Below are positions 13,700 through 26,206 of a stretch of DNA of 64,000 nucleotides, piece by piece. Made by a program: the position numbers and the translations under genes. How positions within the stretch are numbered: position 1 is the first letter of the stretch; every line of letters starts with the position of its first letter. The DNA comes from Priapulus caudatus (taxonomy: Eukaryota): the NCBI RefSeq assembly GCF_000485595.1, contig NW_014577076.1:1168633-1232632 (forward strand), in the 5' to 3' direction. Below the pieces are notes generated by a model, which was not told the origin of the DNA, did no database searches, and saw only the letters and a program-made list of their open reading frames with translations.

Positions 13700-14134
13700 A
13701 AACGATCACCACACCTTGTCCGCAGCTAATGCCTCTGCTGCCGTTAAAAACCACTACACAGAATACGACTGGAACGCGCAACAAGTTCACGTGCCTTTTA
13801 CTGCTAGTCTGCTACGCTATGAGCTCATGTATTAGTGTGAGTGTCCGAGCCATAGTCCGAGCTGTACAGTGGCTACTAGATACCCCAATGTACCTCAATG
13901 TACCCACGATGTACCCAATGTACCCACGATACCCCAATGTAACACAAACACAGGATAGGGTTAGATTACGCCTATCCTGTGTTTTGGTTACATTATTGCA
14001 TCTAAGTGGCTACATGTGCTACCGCGCACTCATACGCTACTTCACCACATGTTCCATTCCAACTGCCGCCGCCGCCTCTGCTGCTATGTTCAACTAAAGT
14101 ACTTTCTGCTCTACACTGCTGAAGTCGATGTACG

Positions 14135-14385
14135 AATGGATGGACGAATGGATGGACGAATGGATGGCTGGACAGATGGATGGATGCATGGATCGACTGA
14201 TGCGTGGATGGATGGATGGATGGATGGATGGATGGATGGATGGATGGATGGATGGATGGATGGATGGATGGATGGATGGATGGATGGATGGATGGATGGA
14301 TGGACAGATGCATGGATGGATGGATGGACAGATGCATGGATGGATGGATGGATGGATAGATGGATGGATGGGGTGGATAGATGGA
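14135..14385. repeat. (GGAT)n microsatellite
   Basis: Direct inspection. It generates the spurious MDGW and HPSI ORFs. Confidence 0.95.
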
Positions 14386-15177
14386 AGTCTGCTGTCGTGC
14401 GTACTGCCACGTGCATGCAGCAGCTCCAACTGGACAGCTGAAACTTGCTGGTATTTGTGTATGGGTGAATAAATCCTGGCGTGAGTATAATCAATAAGTG
14501 CAAATCAGTTGGCTTTTCTTTGCAGTACCCCGTAGCGGTTAACAAAATGGCAGGGCGGCGGCAGGCAGGTGACAATCGAGCGCACAGTCGCTGCTTCCTG
14601 ATCTAAAATGTCACCATTATACAGTGATGACAAAAGGTAAATAAAGAAAAAATCGGATGCACGTGAAATGATAGAGCGTGGGCAGATGAGCCCAACATTA
14701 ACTGACAATTTGGACGAGTATCTTTCACGACAAAACGCGCAGTGCGTCTCAGGCTACCAGCGAATGTTGCTAGTGACGTTTTCATTTAAGGAATACTCTA
14801 GAAATATTAACTTTACCGGATAATAGAATATGCGGATATAATTGTTACCAAACTGTAGTGGTATAGAATAATTTACCCATTCCATTAGAAAAAAAGCCTG
14901 CAAATATAACTAAAAATTATCAAGAGGTCCTAGTGATTACTATTAATTCTCGCGGTTATAACTAACAATTATTTCATCAAGAGAGAATGAGCATTATTTT
15001 CCAAGCTCGAAGATGTGAGAAAAAAACAAAGACAGAATGACAGAAACAGAGTAGATTATAGAGGTAATAATATAGGTAATTAAACGAAGCAGGACTGAAG
15101 CATCGCTCCACGGCCGAATGCACACCAATAGGAAACACTGGTATGCAAACGACACCTGCAAGACCTGTGCCAAACAA

Positions 15178-15311
15178 GCAGGTCCTAAAGAAAGCAGAGC
15201 AAAGCACTGCCACGTTCGCAGCAGGTCCTAAAGAAAGCAGAGCAAAGCACTGCCACGTTCGCAGCAGGTCCTAAAGAAAGCAGAGCAAAGCACTGCCACG
15301 TTCGCAGCAGG
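15178..15311. repeat. 3 x 43-bp perfect tandem repeat
   Basis: gcaggtcctaaagaaagcagagcaaagcactgccacgttcgca repeated three times. Confidence 0.9.
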
Positions 15312-15539
15312 TTGGCGCAGCAACAACTGGTGACAGGAAATTGTTCATTCATGCATGCAGCAAATGTAGAGTGGGAGAGAGCTGAAACATGGTCTTACCA
15401 CAGCCAGTGCACTCTGTTAGGAGAAAGGTGACAACATGTTAATGTATGATGCACACAACCCTACCTCTTCTTCCTCCTATCCCTCCTTCTCCTCCTGCTC
15501 TTCCTCCGCCCCTTCTCCTCCTCCTTTGTCTCCTCCTTA

Positions 15540-15774
15540 AGCAGGGTTTACACTACCGACTTTATGTTGGGGAATTGGCGAGTTGGACCAATTTTACAAC
15601 TCGGCAACTCCGAGTTGGCGAAAATAGAACATGTTTTAATCTCCCATCTAGTTGCTATCGATCGGTTGGTCAGGCAACTTTTGCGTTTACACTGCCGAGT
15701 TTATATAGTTGGGAAGTTGAACCAATTCACCAATTCGCCAACACTGTCAACAAGCCGATAGTGTAAACCCAGCT
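15540..15774. mobile_element. PIF/Harbinger-type MITE
   Basis: TIRs agcagggtttacacta and tagtgtaaacccagct, TTA on both flanks. Confidence 0.8.
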
Positions 15775-16620
15775 TTATCATCATAATTGTCACTGTCCAC
15801 CATTACCACCACCACCATCACCATCATCATCACCATCTTCATCATCATCGTCATCATCTTCATCATCATCCAAACCATCATTGTCAATATAGTAGCTGTC
15901 ATAACTATAGTTATCATCATGGTTAATCCATCATAATCACAACAGCGTCACAAATCGAAATTTTTCTTGTGATAAAACGTGAATGATTCCTTGTTTTGAT
16001 ATCTACAGACTCAGTAGATACGTAGATTCGGGTCTTTAATATTCCGTGCCTGCATTAACTAAAGTTAGGTATAATAACAGAACTAGTGCAGCCATGGTAG
16101 CAAATACTTTTTACCAGAGGACATTCGATCCTAACTTACAAAAGTAAAATACCAAAGGTACAGGCAATTTCTGTTAAAACGATGACCAGTTGTACTGGGT
16201 CGTTTATATTTTCAAATTGCGATGACCCTATGTGACCGTCCGTACTTCATTTAATGTGAAACTTGGGTTAACCATGAGTGACTATATTTAGAAACAACGA
16301 ATCAGGGGAAATTGGGCTAGGAGCCAAAAGGAGCTTCACTATGGGCAGAGGCCATAGGACATTATTGTTGGATGCGGGAGACGTGGAACTGAGCTATGGT
16401 TTTCACTTCAGTTGCTGAGTGTGTGCTGCCTGGTTTTTTTTCTCTGGTAGCAAGTACTTGCTACCATGTAACAACGTCATTTCTGACCCTACATTATTTA
16501 TTACTGACAAAAAAATAATTTAAATCCATTTCACATATTAAATATACACAGTACAGAATAGGCAAATCCCCGCACATAGCTACTCTAGTCTCTACGTGAG
16601 TGCGTTCGCACGTGCATGCG

Positions 16621-16850
<230 letters not shown>

Positions 16851-18348
16851 TAAGGAGTGGGGGAGTATCAAGCTTGCCAGTCTGAACAGCAGCCAGGCAC
16901 ATGCACAAAAAAGGACTCGCAATGGACAATGAGTTATATGGGTATGTACAAATGAACTAGGTGGTATCGAGTGGCTATAGCACAAACAAGAAATCATTCA
17001 ATTCTGGCAGAAAAAAATATCGATGGACTTCAGCAATGCTGGATATTACTGTTAACTATATTACTGTTAACTATATTACTGTTAACTAAACATATATATA
17101 CTGTTAACAATCAACCAAACAACTCTCTTATGGCAACCCAGGATGGATGCTCACCATGGTGTACAGGTAAAGATAAAGTCAGGATTACAGCTATGTGATT
17201 ACCTTACCAGTCTAACAACCAGGGGCCCATTATCAGAAACATCATATATAGTTATGACATCATAGTCTAAAATATGATAACTTTAGTAGTGCAGAGAAAT
17301 GTAAAGGTTATGACATTTTAGACTTATAATAGTCATAAATATTTGTGTTTCTGACAATGGGGTCCATAACCATAACTCCAATCTAACCTCAACCTAGCTG
17401 TAACTCGATGTTTATAAATGGACCTCCCAACTCACTATACCCCAGGGGCGGATCCAGGATTTTTGAAAGGGGGGAGTCCAGGAAGAAATAAATGGCACTT
17501 TTTCCTGCTTAATTTTGCTGGTGTTTTAAAAAGCTGCCGAAGGCAGCTTATGCGACGTGCCCAAGGCGGTCGGTTTCGGGGACCTCCTCCAAGAAATTAA
17601 AAAAAAATTGGTGCATTCTGAGAGCATCTGAGCAGTAATTTTGATGTCTAGAATGCAAGATGGAATTCCAAATTTTTAGCAGAAAATTTTCTTTTAAATC
17701 ATCCTACAGTGAAATTCACACAGACAATAAAATCGAGTTGAAAAACACAAATGTATCAGATCCGGTCCCACGGACCTCTCTTTGCCCATTTCTAAGTTTT
17801 TATAACGAATTTATATATATATAAGTAAATCGTTATCAGAAAAACTAACCTTAACAAAAAAAGGGATGACATTTTTTAGGGCACTTGGGGACCCCCCCCC
17901 CCCCCTGTACCCTACACTTTTGTTGTTACTTGTGGTAGAGTTCTGCTACTGGGCACAGTAGTTGTGTTTGTGTACCCAGCCCACATGTGTAGTATAACGT
18001 TTCCGGCTAAGTAAGGCTGCACTATTTTAAGAGGTTGCGGTACCCCCCTCCCCCCCCCCCCCACACACACACACCACCACTACTACAAATGTCTCTACTG
18101 ATAGTATGCTCTCGTGAGGCTTATAATTCCTAGTCAATCAGTAACCAACAGTAAAACACTGTGCTGCTGGTATATTATGTGTAACAGTTTGCACTGTACA
18201 CATGGGATTCCGGGAAGTACAAACACTGAGTAAACTGGCCCCCGGGTTATGTGCATGTTCACCCTGTATGCACACATCCACGTCTGCCGATGTACACTAC
18301 CAACAGTCAAATTATAGCGCATCGGCCATGTTTCTAACTACTATTATG

Positions 18349-18871
18349 GCTGAGAGGGTCTATGTCCCCCAGGCAGAGTTTGCTAAGGGGGTCCGGCATG
18401 CCCCCCGGAAAAATTTTGGATTCTGAGATGCAATTTCCTGCATTCTGGAGGTCAAAAATGACAATAAATTGACAAAAAATGACAATAATTGACAAATTTT
18501 TTTTTTTTCGATCACAGTGAAATTCGTAGTTTGATACAAACTGGTCGTAGTGGTGCAAAATGAATAGAAATTCGTATAAAATACGGATAAATCGTAGTGG
18601 TTGGCATCTCTGCCCAGGGTACTGCCGGAACGTACCCTGGGTACGGGCCGGTATACCGGAACGTACCCTGGTATTATCTAATATGCCGGACTGTACCTCG
18701 CCTACTCCACTAATGAGTCTAGGGAGTCGCCTACGCCTACGCCTACGCCTACGCCTACGCCTACTCCCTAACCCTAACCATATCAAATAGTTACCAGGGT
18801 ACGTTCCGGTATACAGGACCGTACCCAGGGTACATTCTGGCAGTACCCTGGGGGACATAGACCCTATGAGC
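18349..18871 (+). mobile_element. Foldback MITE family A, copy 3, with 9-bp TSD and nested insertion
   Basis: TSD actattatg at 18340-18348 and 18872-18880. GC...GC termini, with (CGCCTA)n and CCCTAA repeats inside. Confidence 0.85.
18374..18612. mobile_element. CAGAG...CTCTG element nested in family A copy 3, 6-bp TSD
   Basis: The host TIR sequence cccagg is duplicated on both sides (18368-18373 and 18613-18618). The insertion is absent from copies 1 and 2. Confidence 0.75.
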
Positions 18872-20430
18872 ACTATTATGATAACTCTGCATCAGTGCAT
18901 GCCGGTTTGAAGGGCTACATCATCACACTATATCCTACCTCCTAAGGAAGTTCGATCCTTACCAGAACCATTGACTAGATGTCTGACATGCCCAAATTTT
19001 GCAGATGTTGTCACACCCACCCTAACTGATATTTCTTTTAAATTTATCGTGGGCAGAATCAACACTATAACGTGGGCAGCGTGAAAATTGAGTCCCAGCG
19101 TACTTTAAGATACCGGTACAGTAATAGTAGATATAAATAAGGATAATCTGCTGTACCCGTACGTAACGTGAGCAGTAGTAATCAACCTAGCATTGCGCGT
19201 GTTGTTGACGGCAACATAAAGCGTTGTAAAAAAACCTATCAAATACGAACTCATCTACAGCAACAGCGCACAATACAAGTTCCTCTTCTGCCAGCAGCAG
19301 CCTTCTGGGCTCCATCATCGTTGCAAGCAGCCTAAAGTATTCAAGTTACAATTGATATTTACCACGCTCCCTTATCTATCTATCACACGATTGTTGCAGT
19401 GTGTATTGTCTAGCTCACTCACCACGCAACCTACGTCGCTGGATGGGGTGCAAACACTCGTGCCCTAGCAATCGACGCCGAAAAACAGCTACAATGTCTC
19501 ACATCACTTCGCTGACTGAAGCCATATTGGATTCACACAATTTATCTGGCCTGTTTATATCGCTTCTCCGAGAAGGAAAATCAATAGCCGTGTGTTGCTA
19601 AGCTGGCAGCTGCTGCCCTCTCCTGGCACGCAAAATTCTCACTGTAAAATCGACGAGGCGGGTGGAACAGCGATCGTGCATTCTCATGCACGCAAGATCC
19701 GACTACAACTCTAGCGTTGGTGTTGCCACTACTCGGCTACTCGATGGCGACAATTTTAGGAACGATGATTGAATTTATGCATGAATTACAATCATCATAA
19801 TGACAGCACCATTATGATGACGGCACCATGCAACCACAACATACGCGCATGATGACTTTTCGTGGCATCAACCACAAAATACGCGCATGAGGACTTCATG
19901 ATATTGTGATTTTGTGTGGTGTCAGGGGGTGTCACGCGGGGTCAGGCGTGAGCATGCTTCACACAATGACATAGATGTGACAATGTGCGCGAGTATTATA
20001 TGCATGCGAGTGTCAGGGTTTGGCTGGACAACGAGTAGACACACACTAACACATGCCAGAAACACAGTTTCCCTAGAAGATTTATGTGTCATAAAAGTGT
20101 GCATTACTGGAATGCCAAATGGATGTGACAACAGCTTTACCACTTTTAGAAACTATAGAGTAATTTTGGATGGTGTCAGAATTGTAAAATGCGGCCTTTG
20201 AATGCGCTTGCTCTCACTTTAAAACGAAGTATCTCCATCTGCGGCGAACGCGATGAATGTGGTGGTCTGTCATCAGATGCTGGTTGCGTGGCAGTGCATG
20301 CACTCTTGCTAACTACCTAGCGGTCCCGTGCGGTTCCACTAACCGGCGTGATGCACGCACGCACACACACACACGCACGCACGCACACACACAGGCACGT
20401 ACACGCACGCACACGCACGCTCACACCTAC

Positions 20431-21522
20431 CGTCAATAGACGCGAACAGGTCTGGCCGGTCTGTCCTCGTCAGCACGCATTTCATGCCGATGCTGCTCTT
20501 GCGGCCGCTCTCCTTGAATGCGCGCCGTGCCTCCTCCGTGTACCACAGCTGCTGCTCAAGCTGACACACGATGTCGGCCTTCGACATGGGCGCGCGCTCT
20601 CCGCGCGTCTTTGCATCGCCGTCCTTGCCGCGCAGCAGCCCCGCCGTGTAGCCGACGATGCTGCGGCTGCGCGCGGCATAGTCAGAGAGGCTCGACAGCC
20701 GCGGCCGGCGGAAGGAGCGTGAGCGCTGCTTCGTCTTCGGCTTGCCGTCGACCGGGTTCGACTTGCGCATCTTCAGCGACATCTTGCGCGGCTCGGGACT
20801 CGGCAGCGGGTCAGGCGCGCCCTCCACCGGCTCGTCGGACATGATGCTGAAGTAAGGGAAGGTCGCGCGACGCTGGAGGATCTTGGAGTTGTCTCGCTTC
20901 TTCTCCTTGCCAGCGTCAGCAGCAGCCGGCTCTGCCTCCTCCTCGTCTTTGCCGTCGGTGAAGACGGCATCGCCTTCACATTCCCCATCGGCTATGTTTT
21001 CGTCTGCTGATGCAGTAACGGTTGCTGGTAGCGGGCTGCCCTGCGGTGGTGGGCTGTCATGCAGTGGCGAGCTGCCCTCTGGTGGCGGCGGGGACCCGGG
21101 AGGCTGAGGTGATTCCTGGGAATCAGGGGATGGGGTTGGCTGTGGAGTCCCCAGCTGCGGAGTGCTGGGTGGGAGCGGCGTGTCAGGCGAGGAACTATCC
21201 TGCTCAAGGTCGCTTGAGCCGATGTGGAAACTGTGCAGTTTGATCTTTGGTGTCACAGGCTCTCGGGCAACAGAGTCCTGCTCCGTGGCGCCCTCTGGCA
21301 CTGTGACCTTGGCTAGCTTTGGAAGCGTAGTCGTGGTGCCCTCTGACACCGCAGCCATGTCTTCTAGGGTTGTAGCCTCGTACGCTGACTGGATGCGAGG
21401 CAGCGTGGGGCGTTGCGGCTCCACACCCGGCATCGTCGTCTCCGACTGATTGAAAGCATTGTAGTATTCACTTTGAGCAAGGGCAGGATTCGCGACGGCA
21501 GCACTGCTACGACTGCACTGAC
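20431..21522 (-). CDS. OXR1: Large (1092 nt) OXR1/NCOA7 exon, Pro/Ser/acidic then basic disordered region
   Basis: Lies within the 396-aa ORF. ctttctgattggtag|GT acceptor and GACG|gtaggt donor, phase 1-1. Ends in …TDRPDLFASID and joins the next exon in frame. Confidence 0.85.
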
Positions 21523-21823
21523 CTACCAATCAGAAAGATAGGAAAGCCACAGCAGCGGATAAGTACGAAGAAGTGCAGATACGCGGCCTATGCACAACGT
21601 TAGCCTAACCGCACGAATTCATCCTACCGCAAGAATAAAGATTCACTCAGCTTATGCGGGTATGCCTGACAGCAGCTCTCCCAGCGATAGGCAATTGTTA
21701 GCTATCCACCCACGACGCGTGGAATAAGATGGGATACAAATACCGGCACTAATTTAAGCAGTTTAGTTGTGCGTCTACGTTGATGGTGAGTGAATGTTTT
21801 AGTCACCCTGGCGTACTGTTTTG

Positions 21824-22406
21824 TAGAGGTGTAACGATACACTAAGGTCATGATATGATACGTATCTCGATACGTAGGTCACGATACGATACATATTGCG
21901 ATACACAGACAGAAACAGTCGGTCGACATAAATGGTCAAATTAATTTTACTGTTATAATACCTATTCCAATACTTTGACAACGCAAACGTATCATGAGTA
22001 TGTCACAGCCACACTCAATATATAGACAACATCGACCGCTTCACTTACGTGCGCGCCATACACAGTCCCACAGTATGTGCGCAGTAACGACACGCATCAG
22101 TCAATCAGCACTCTTGATTGACTTGCGGTTTTGGTGGCAATACATGCACGCGACATATATTGACCCATGTTTCTATGGCGGCCGATGATATTTACGTGAT
22201 ACTAAAGAGTTCATAAAATAAAATAAAAAATTCAATTTAAAAGAAATTACAGGTGCTTTATTAAATAGTTTAGCTTGCCTTACAGGCTCATTCACTGCTT
22301 AACATGCGTATCGTTTGTATCGTGATACGGACGCTGCGTATCGATTATCGTATCGTGGGCCACTGTATCGGATGCACCGATGTCTCCGTGAATCGTTACA
22401 CCCCTA
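21824..22406. mobile_element. hAT-type MITE
   Basis: TIRs tagaggtgtaacgat and atcgttacaccccta; 8-bp TSD ctgttttg (21816-21823 and 22407-22414); subterminal cgatac repeats. Confidence 0.85.
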
Positions 22407-23404
22407 CTGTTTTGTCGGTTCAATTCGGTTCGAATACGGTAGAACTTGCACTTTCGTCGTTGTCACATTTTCTTTGTGACAACAAACCATCCGAATACCT
22501 TTCCGCCTTTTGAGTTTGTTTATACAAATGATATGATGCAGAGCGAATATGTTTGAAATTAAAATATAAATGACATAATAACACGTGTCAGTGTCGTCAG
22601 TTAGTTAGGAGTAAAATGTTAAAATAGTTGCCGATAAACTATTACGCGAGTATATAAATACACCTTGATTCACCCGTGAGTGAGATTGAACAACTCCCGG
22701 TTATTGTGTACACACGATTGAAGAAGATGTGAACCTAAATAACCGCCGCTCTGCCCCACTAGCAACAAGGTAGCAATGAACAGCGAATGTTCAGCACCTT
22801 ATAACACTGTGCAGACAGCACACCTCTGGTTAATGTAAGGCATTTTTCCTTATGTAAAGACTCGTAAAAAAGTTATTGTTCAAATATTTTGGTGTAAAAC
22901 CCTTCCTAAGCCAATGCCTTTATGGTGCTAGGTCAGTAAAAACTGCATGCACAGCAAGTTTCAGTCAGTTTTGTTTAGTATCGAATGATTATGCAGAAAC
23001 TATAGGTCTCTTGTACCTGAATTATGACGAAAAGGCTTCAATCTTTCAAGAACACACGCACAAATACCAAAGCCTGAATGATCCTCAGACCTACTCTTTG
23101 GTATTAGTTCAGTTCACGAGTGTATAATACACTAGTGAATTACTAGTATAGTACTAGCATAGTACTAGTATAGTATACTGCTACCGCAGTTAGTTTAGTA
23201 TTAGGCAATCCATATAATAGTCGATTATTTCAGAAAGCTTGTAGAAATTCGGAGCTAAGGTGAAACGACAGACACACGTTAGTGCATTAGTGAAAGACGG
23301 CACAACAATCTGCACATAGCAACAAGTGACTTCAGCAAGAATACCACCAGATGAACATCGTCAACTAGAGCTGAAAGCTCGCCACAGAACACGCAAGTAC
23401 TCAC

Positions 23405-23680
23405 TGCCTTCGAAGAAGTAGTTGGCGCGTTGCTCCTCGGCACCGCACGAGCAGAGCGCCTTCGGGGTAGGCGTGCCGCCGTCCTCGCTGCCGATGGACA
23501 TCATCGTTGCCATCGTCGTTGCCCCCAGCACCCACTTGGTGAGCTCGGGCATCTCCTCGGCATCGGCCGCGAGCTCGGCGTCGCTGTCGTTTGGCTGCGT
23601 CTCGTCGGAGTGGTCCGACACCTCGCTGGTGATCGTCGACATGCGCGACATCTGTGCCGGCCGCGTCGACGCATCCTCAT
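23405..23680 (-). CDS. OXR1: OXR1/NCOA7 exon, acidic low-complexity region
   Basis: cttcccggcag|AT acceptor and GGCA|gtgagt donor, phase 1-1. GC-rich coding-like ORF (D)EDASTRPAQMSRMST...ALCSCGAEEQRANYFFEG. Confidence 0.82.
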
Positions 23681-24149
23681 CTGCCGGGAAGCAGTGCAAG
23701 CGGTGATTACCATTAGGTCTATGTGTCGAAATGGCAAGATACAGAGAGGAAGGGAGACAGAGGGAGATAGCGTGGGTGGAGAGGGAGAGGAGAAAGAAGG
23801 GGATTGAGAGAAAGAGATGGAGGGAGAGAGGCGAGAGAGGGGAAACAGAGATATGAAAGAGAGAGAGGGAGAGAGAGAGACAGGAGATAGAGAGAGCAAA
23901 AGAGAGATAGAGGAGAGCAAGAGAAGATAGATAGAGAGAGAGAGAGCAGAGGAGAGATGATAGAGAGATAGATAGAGAGAGGAAGAGAGAGAGAGAGAAT
24001 AGCGAGAATAGGATGAGGAGAGAGAGAGTAGAGTAGAGAGTAGAGAGAGAGAGAGAGAGAGAGAGAAGGGGAGGGGGAACATGTTGATGTGTACTGCATT
24101 ACTGAAACAAGAGATAAAACAATATGTCATTTTTGGAAAAAATAAGTAC

Positions 24150-24217
24150 CTTTCATTTGAGCAATTATATGTAAAGGGCAGCCTGGAGTATGGTATATCT
24201 CAGGTGTGGCTCCACCC
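24150..24217 (-). CDS. OXR1: 68-nt OXR1/NCOA7 exon
   Basis: ttgttgtttag|G acceptor and AAAG|gtactt donor. Phase 2 to phase 1 exactly bridges the flanking exons. Encodes (V)GGATPEIYHTPGCPLHIIAQMK(D). Confidence 0.75.
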
Positions 24218-25491
24218 CTAAACAACAACACACATGATGAAACATTAGCAAGAGACCAAGAAGGCTGATGAATAGCATATGCCTGGAACATAGATGATGT
24301 GCATTACAAACCATAACACAACTGGGTAATAACCCTATATTTACGACCAAATAGCACTTATAAATTCATATTAACATATCGATCTGTGCAGAGAGATAAC
24401 TATTTAAAAGGGAGTAGAGCTTATTGACAATGGTAGTAACTGAACACCAGATGGCTTTGATGTATGGCACACATATTAGTCATTAGTCATCATTCCCCGA
24501 TGGTGCTTATTTATGACATACATAAGTAGTCAGCGTAAGTACAGTAAAAGACAGATGACATTCATGTACAGCATAAGCGGGTAATAGCAAGGTGACTGTT
24601 GGCACTCGTATATACGGTGATGTTGCAATTGTGAGACTATGTGTGAAGGAGTAAGTTAGAAGTGGAAAATGTTAAACATTTTGTGGGAAATTTTTACTAA
24701 TCATAATGTACTGGTATGTAGCAATTACCCAATTAGCACAGCTTTGCTCATTTTACATTTAAACTAAAAAGCACACCCATGTGGAGGGAGATCAGCAACT
24801 AGAGGTAATTCTTTGCCCAGAAGTTAAATGCTGCTTTTACTCTAATCTTAATCAATTCTCTCATTTGAATTCTATGTTGCTATGTTGTGGATAATAAAGC
24901 ACCAGAAAAAAATCATATATTTACCACATAATCTTTTTCAACACTTATGCAATAAAGTTTTCTATTTTAAAATTTTTCTTATTAGATTTCTTGAGTGAAT
25001 TATGTAATTTAATACTAAGTTACCAGTGTTGAAAATAGCAGCCCGTACCCAGTCTAAGACTCGTAACCTTTGAGCAGGACTGTCTAGTTTTTAGTAAATC
25101 TTTAGTTATTTGTTTTTATTCACTCCTGGTAACATAGTAGAAATATAAATTTTCGACTAGTTTGGTTTTCAGACTTGTGTTATTCTATATGTGTATCACT
25201 GGCCCTTGTATACATGTGTTTGGCAGCGGATGCTGAGAAACTAAAATCGTACGAAACTTGAATAAACTTGGGTGCCAATCTAATCTGTGGACTGTTGGAC
25301 TTACTCTTATGCATGAGACATTGCGATTAGGCATCTATCCACTACTCCATACCAATCATGACACTTGACGCACACATACAGTCAAATCCACGTGTACACA
25401 ATGATACTACAATACATACTGCACACGGAGGTGCATATATGGTAAGCACCTAGAATGAAACACACGTGCAGCACAGTGTGAGCTAACTTAC

Positions 25492-25667
25492 ACTGTCCCG
25501 CCTCCTGCCGTGCTCATGTCATGGAAGATGGCTGCACTGATGATCGTCTCCATGGGTGCCATGACGCTGTATGTCTCAGTGCTGTTCTCAATCACCAATA
25601 TGTCCGATGTGTTAGGGTCAAACATAACCGCGTTCGGAGTGACCAGTAGAACACCATTGACAACGCC
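25492..25667 (-). CDS. OXR1: OXR1/NCOA7 exon, GRAM-like domain core
   Basis: ttctattgcag|GGC acceptor and GT|gtaagt donor (phase 2). Encodes GVVNGVLLVTPNAVMFDPNTSDILVIENSTETYSVMAPMETIISAAIFHDMSTAGGGT, a strongly conserved family motif. Confidence 0.93.
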
Positions 25668-25689
25668 CTGCAATAGAAAGTCAATGTAT

Positions 25690-25965
25690 ATGACTACATT
25701 TGGACCAGCAGAATGTCAATGAAATGTGACAGGATGGAGACATCACTAACAGAGCACGATGAACAGATGCCCTACAACAGCTGGAAAATATGTATGACTG
25801 CGTTTTGAATGTCGAGCACAACTGCAACAGGGCAGTGTGTGGAGACAGCCCTGCAGTCTGAGTGACCAGCAGACAATGTCCTGCAATAGATGAACGATGT
25901 ATAAAAACATGACTGCATTTATGTTGACTAAGAGAACACCCGTGACAACTTCCTGCAAAAGAAGG
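25690..25965 (-). pseudogene. Degenerate tandem copies of the acceptor and 5' part of the GRAM exon
   Basis: 25906-25965 aligns ungapped to 25621-25680 at 43/60 nt (EVVTGVLLVNINAVMF vs GVVNGVLLVTPNAVMF). More decayed fragments lie at about 25860-25890, 25745-25780 and 25690-25723. Confidence 0.75.
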
Positions 25966-26206
25966 ACAATTTATTAAAGCACCACCGCAGTTCGAGTTGA
26001 CCAACAAAACATACAATGCAGAAGAAGAAGGCGTTTGGGTATTCCCTTCGAGTCATATTAGTAACGTGGGCATAATTAATAATTGATGAAATATGGCAAT
26101 TACAGCCTCGAAAGTAACCCTTCCATGTGGCGGAAGGGAGGAGAAGGGAAAGAAAATAATTGTGGAAGGATGATTGTGATATTAGGGAATACTGCAAAAG
26201 TTAAAT

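Noticed and set aside
14002..14575. Long ORFs over GGAT repeats (also those over repeats at 28891-29571, 36070-37286, 38292-39150, 40355-40807, 43900-44557 and 46096-47470)
   Set aside because: They are translations of micro- and minisatellites, open in several frames and on both strands, with no splice or homology support.
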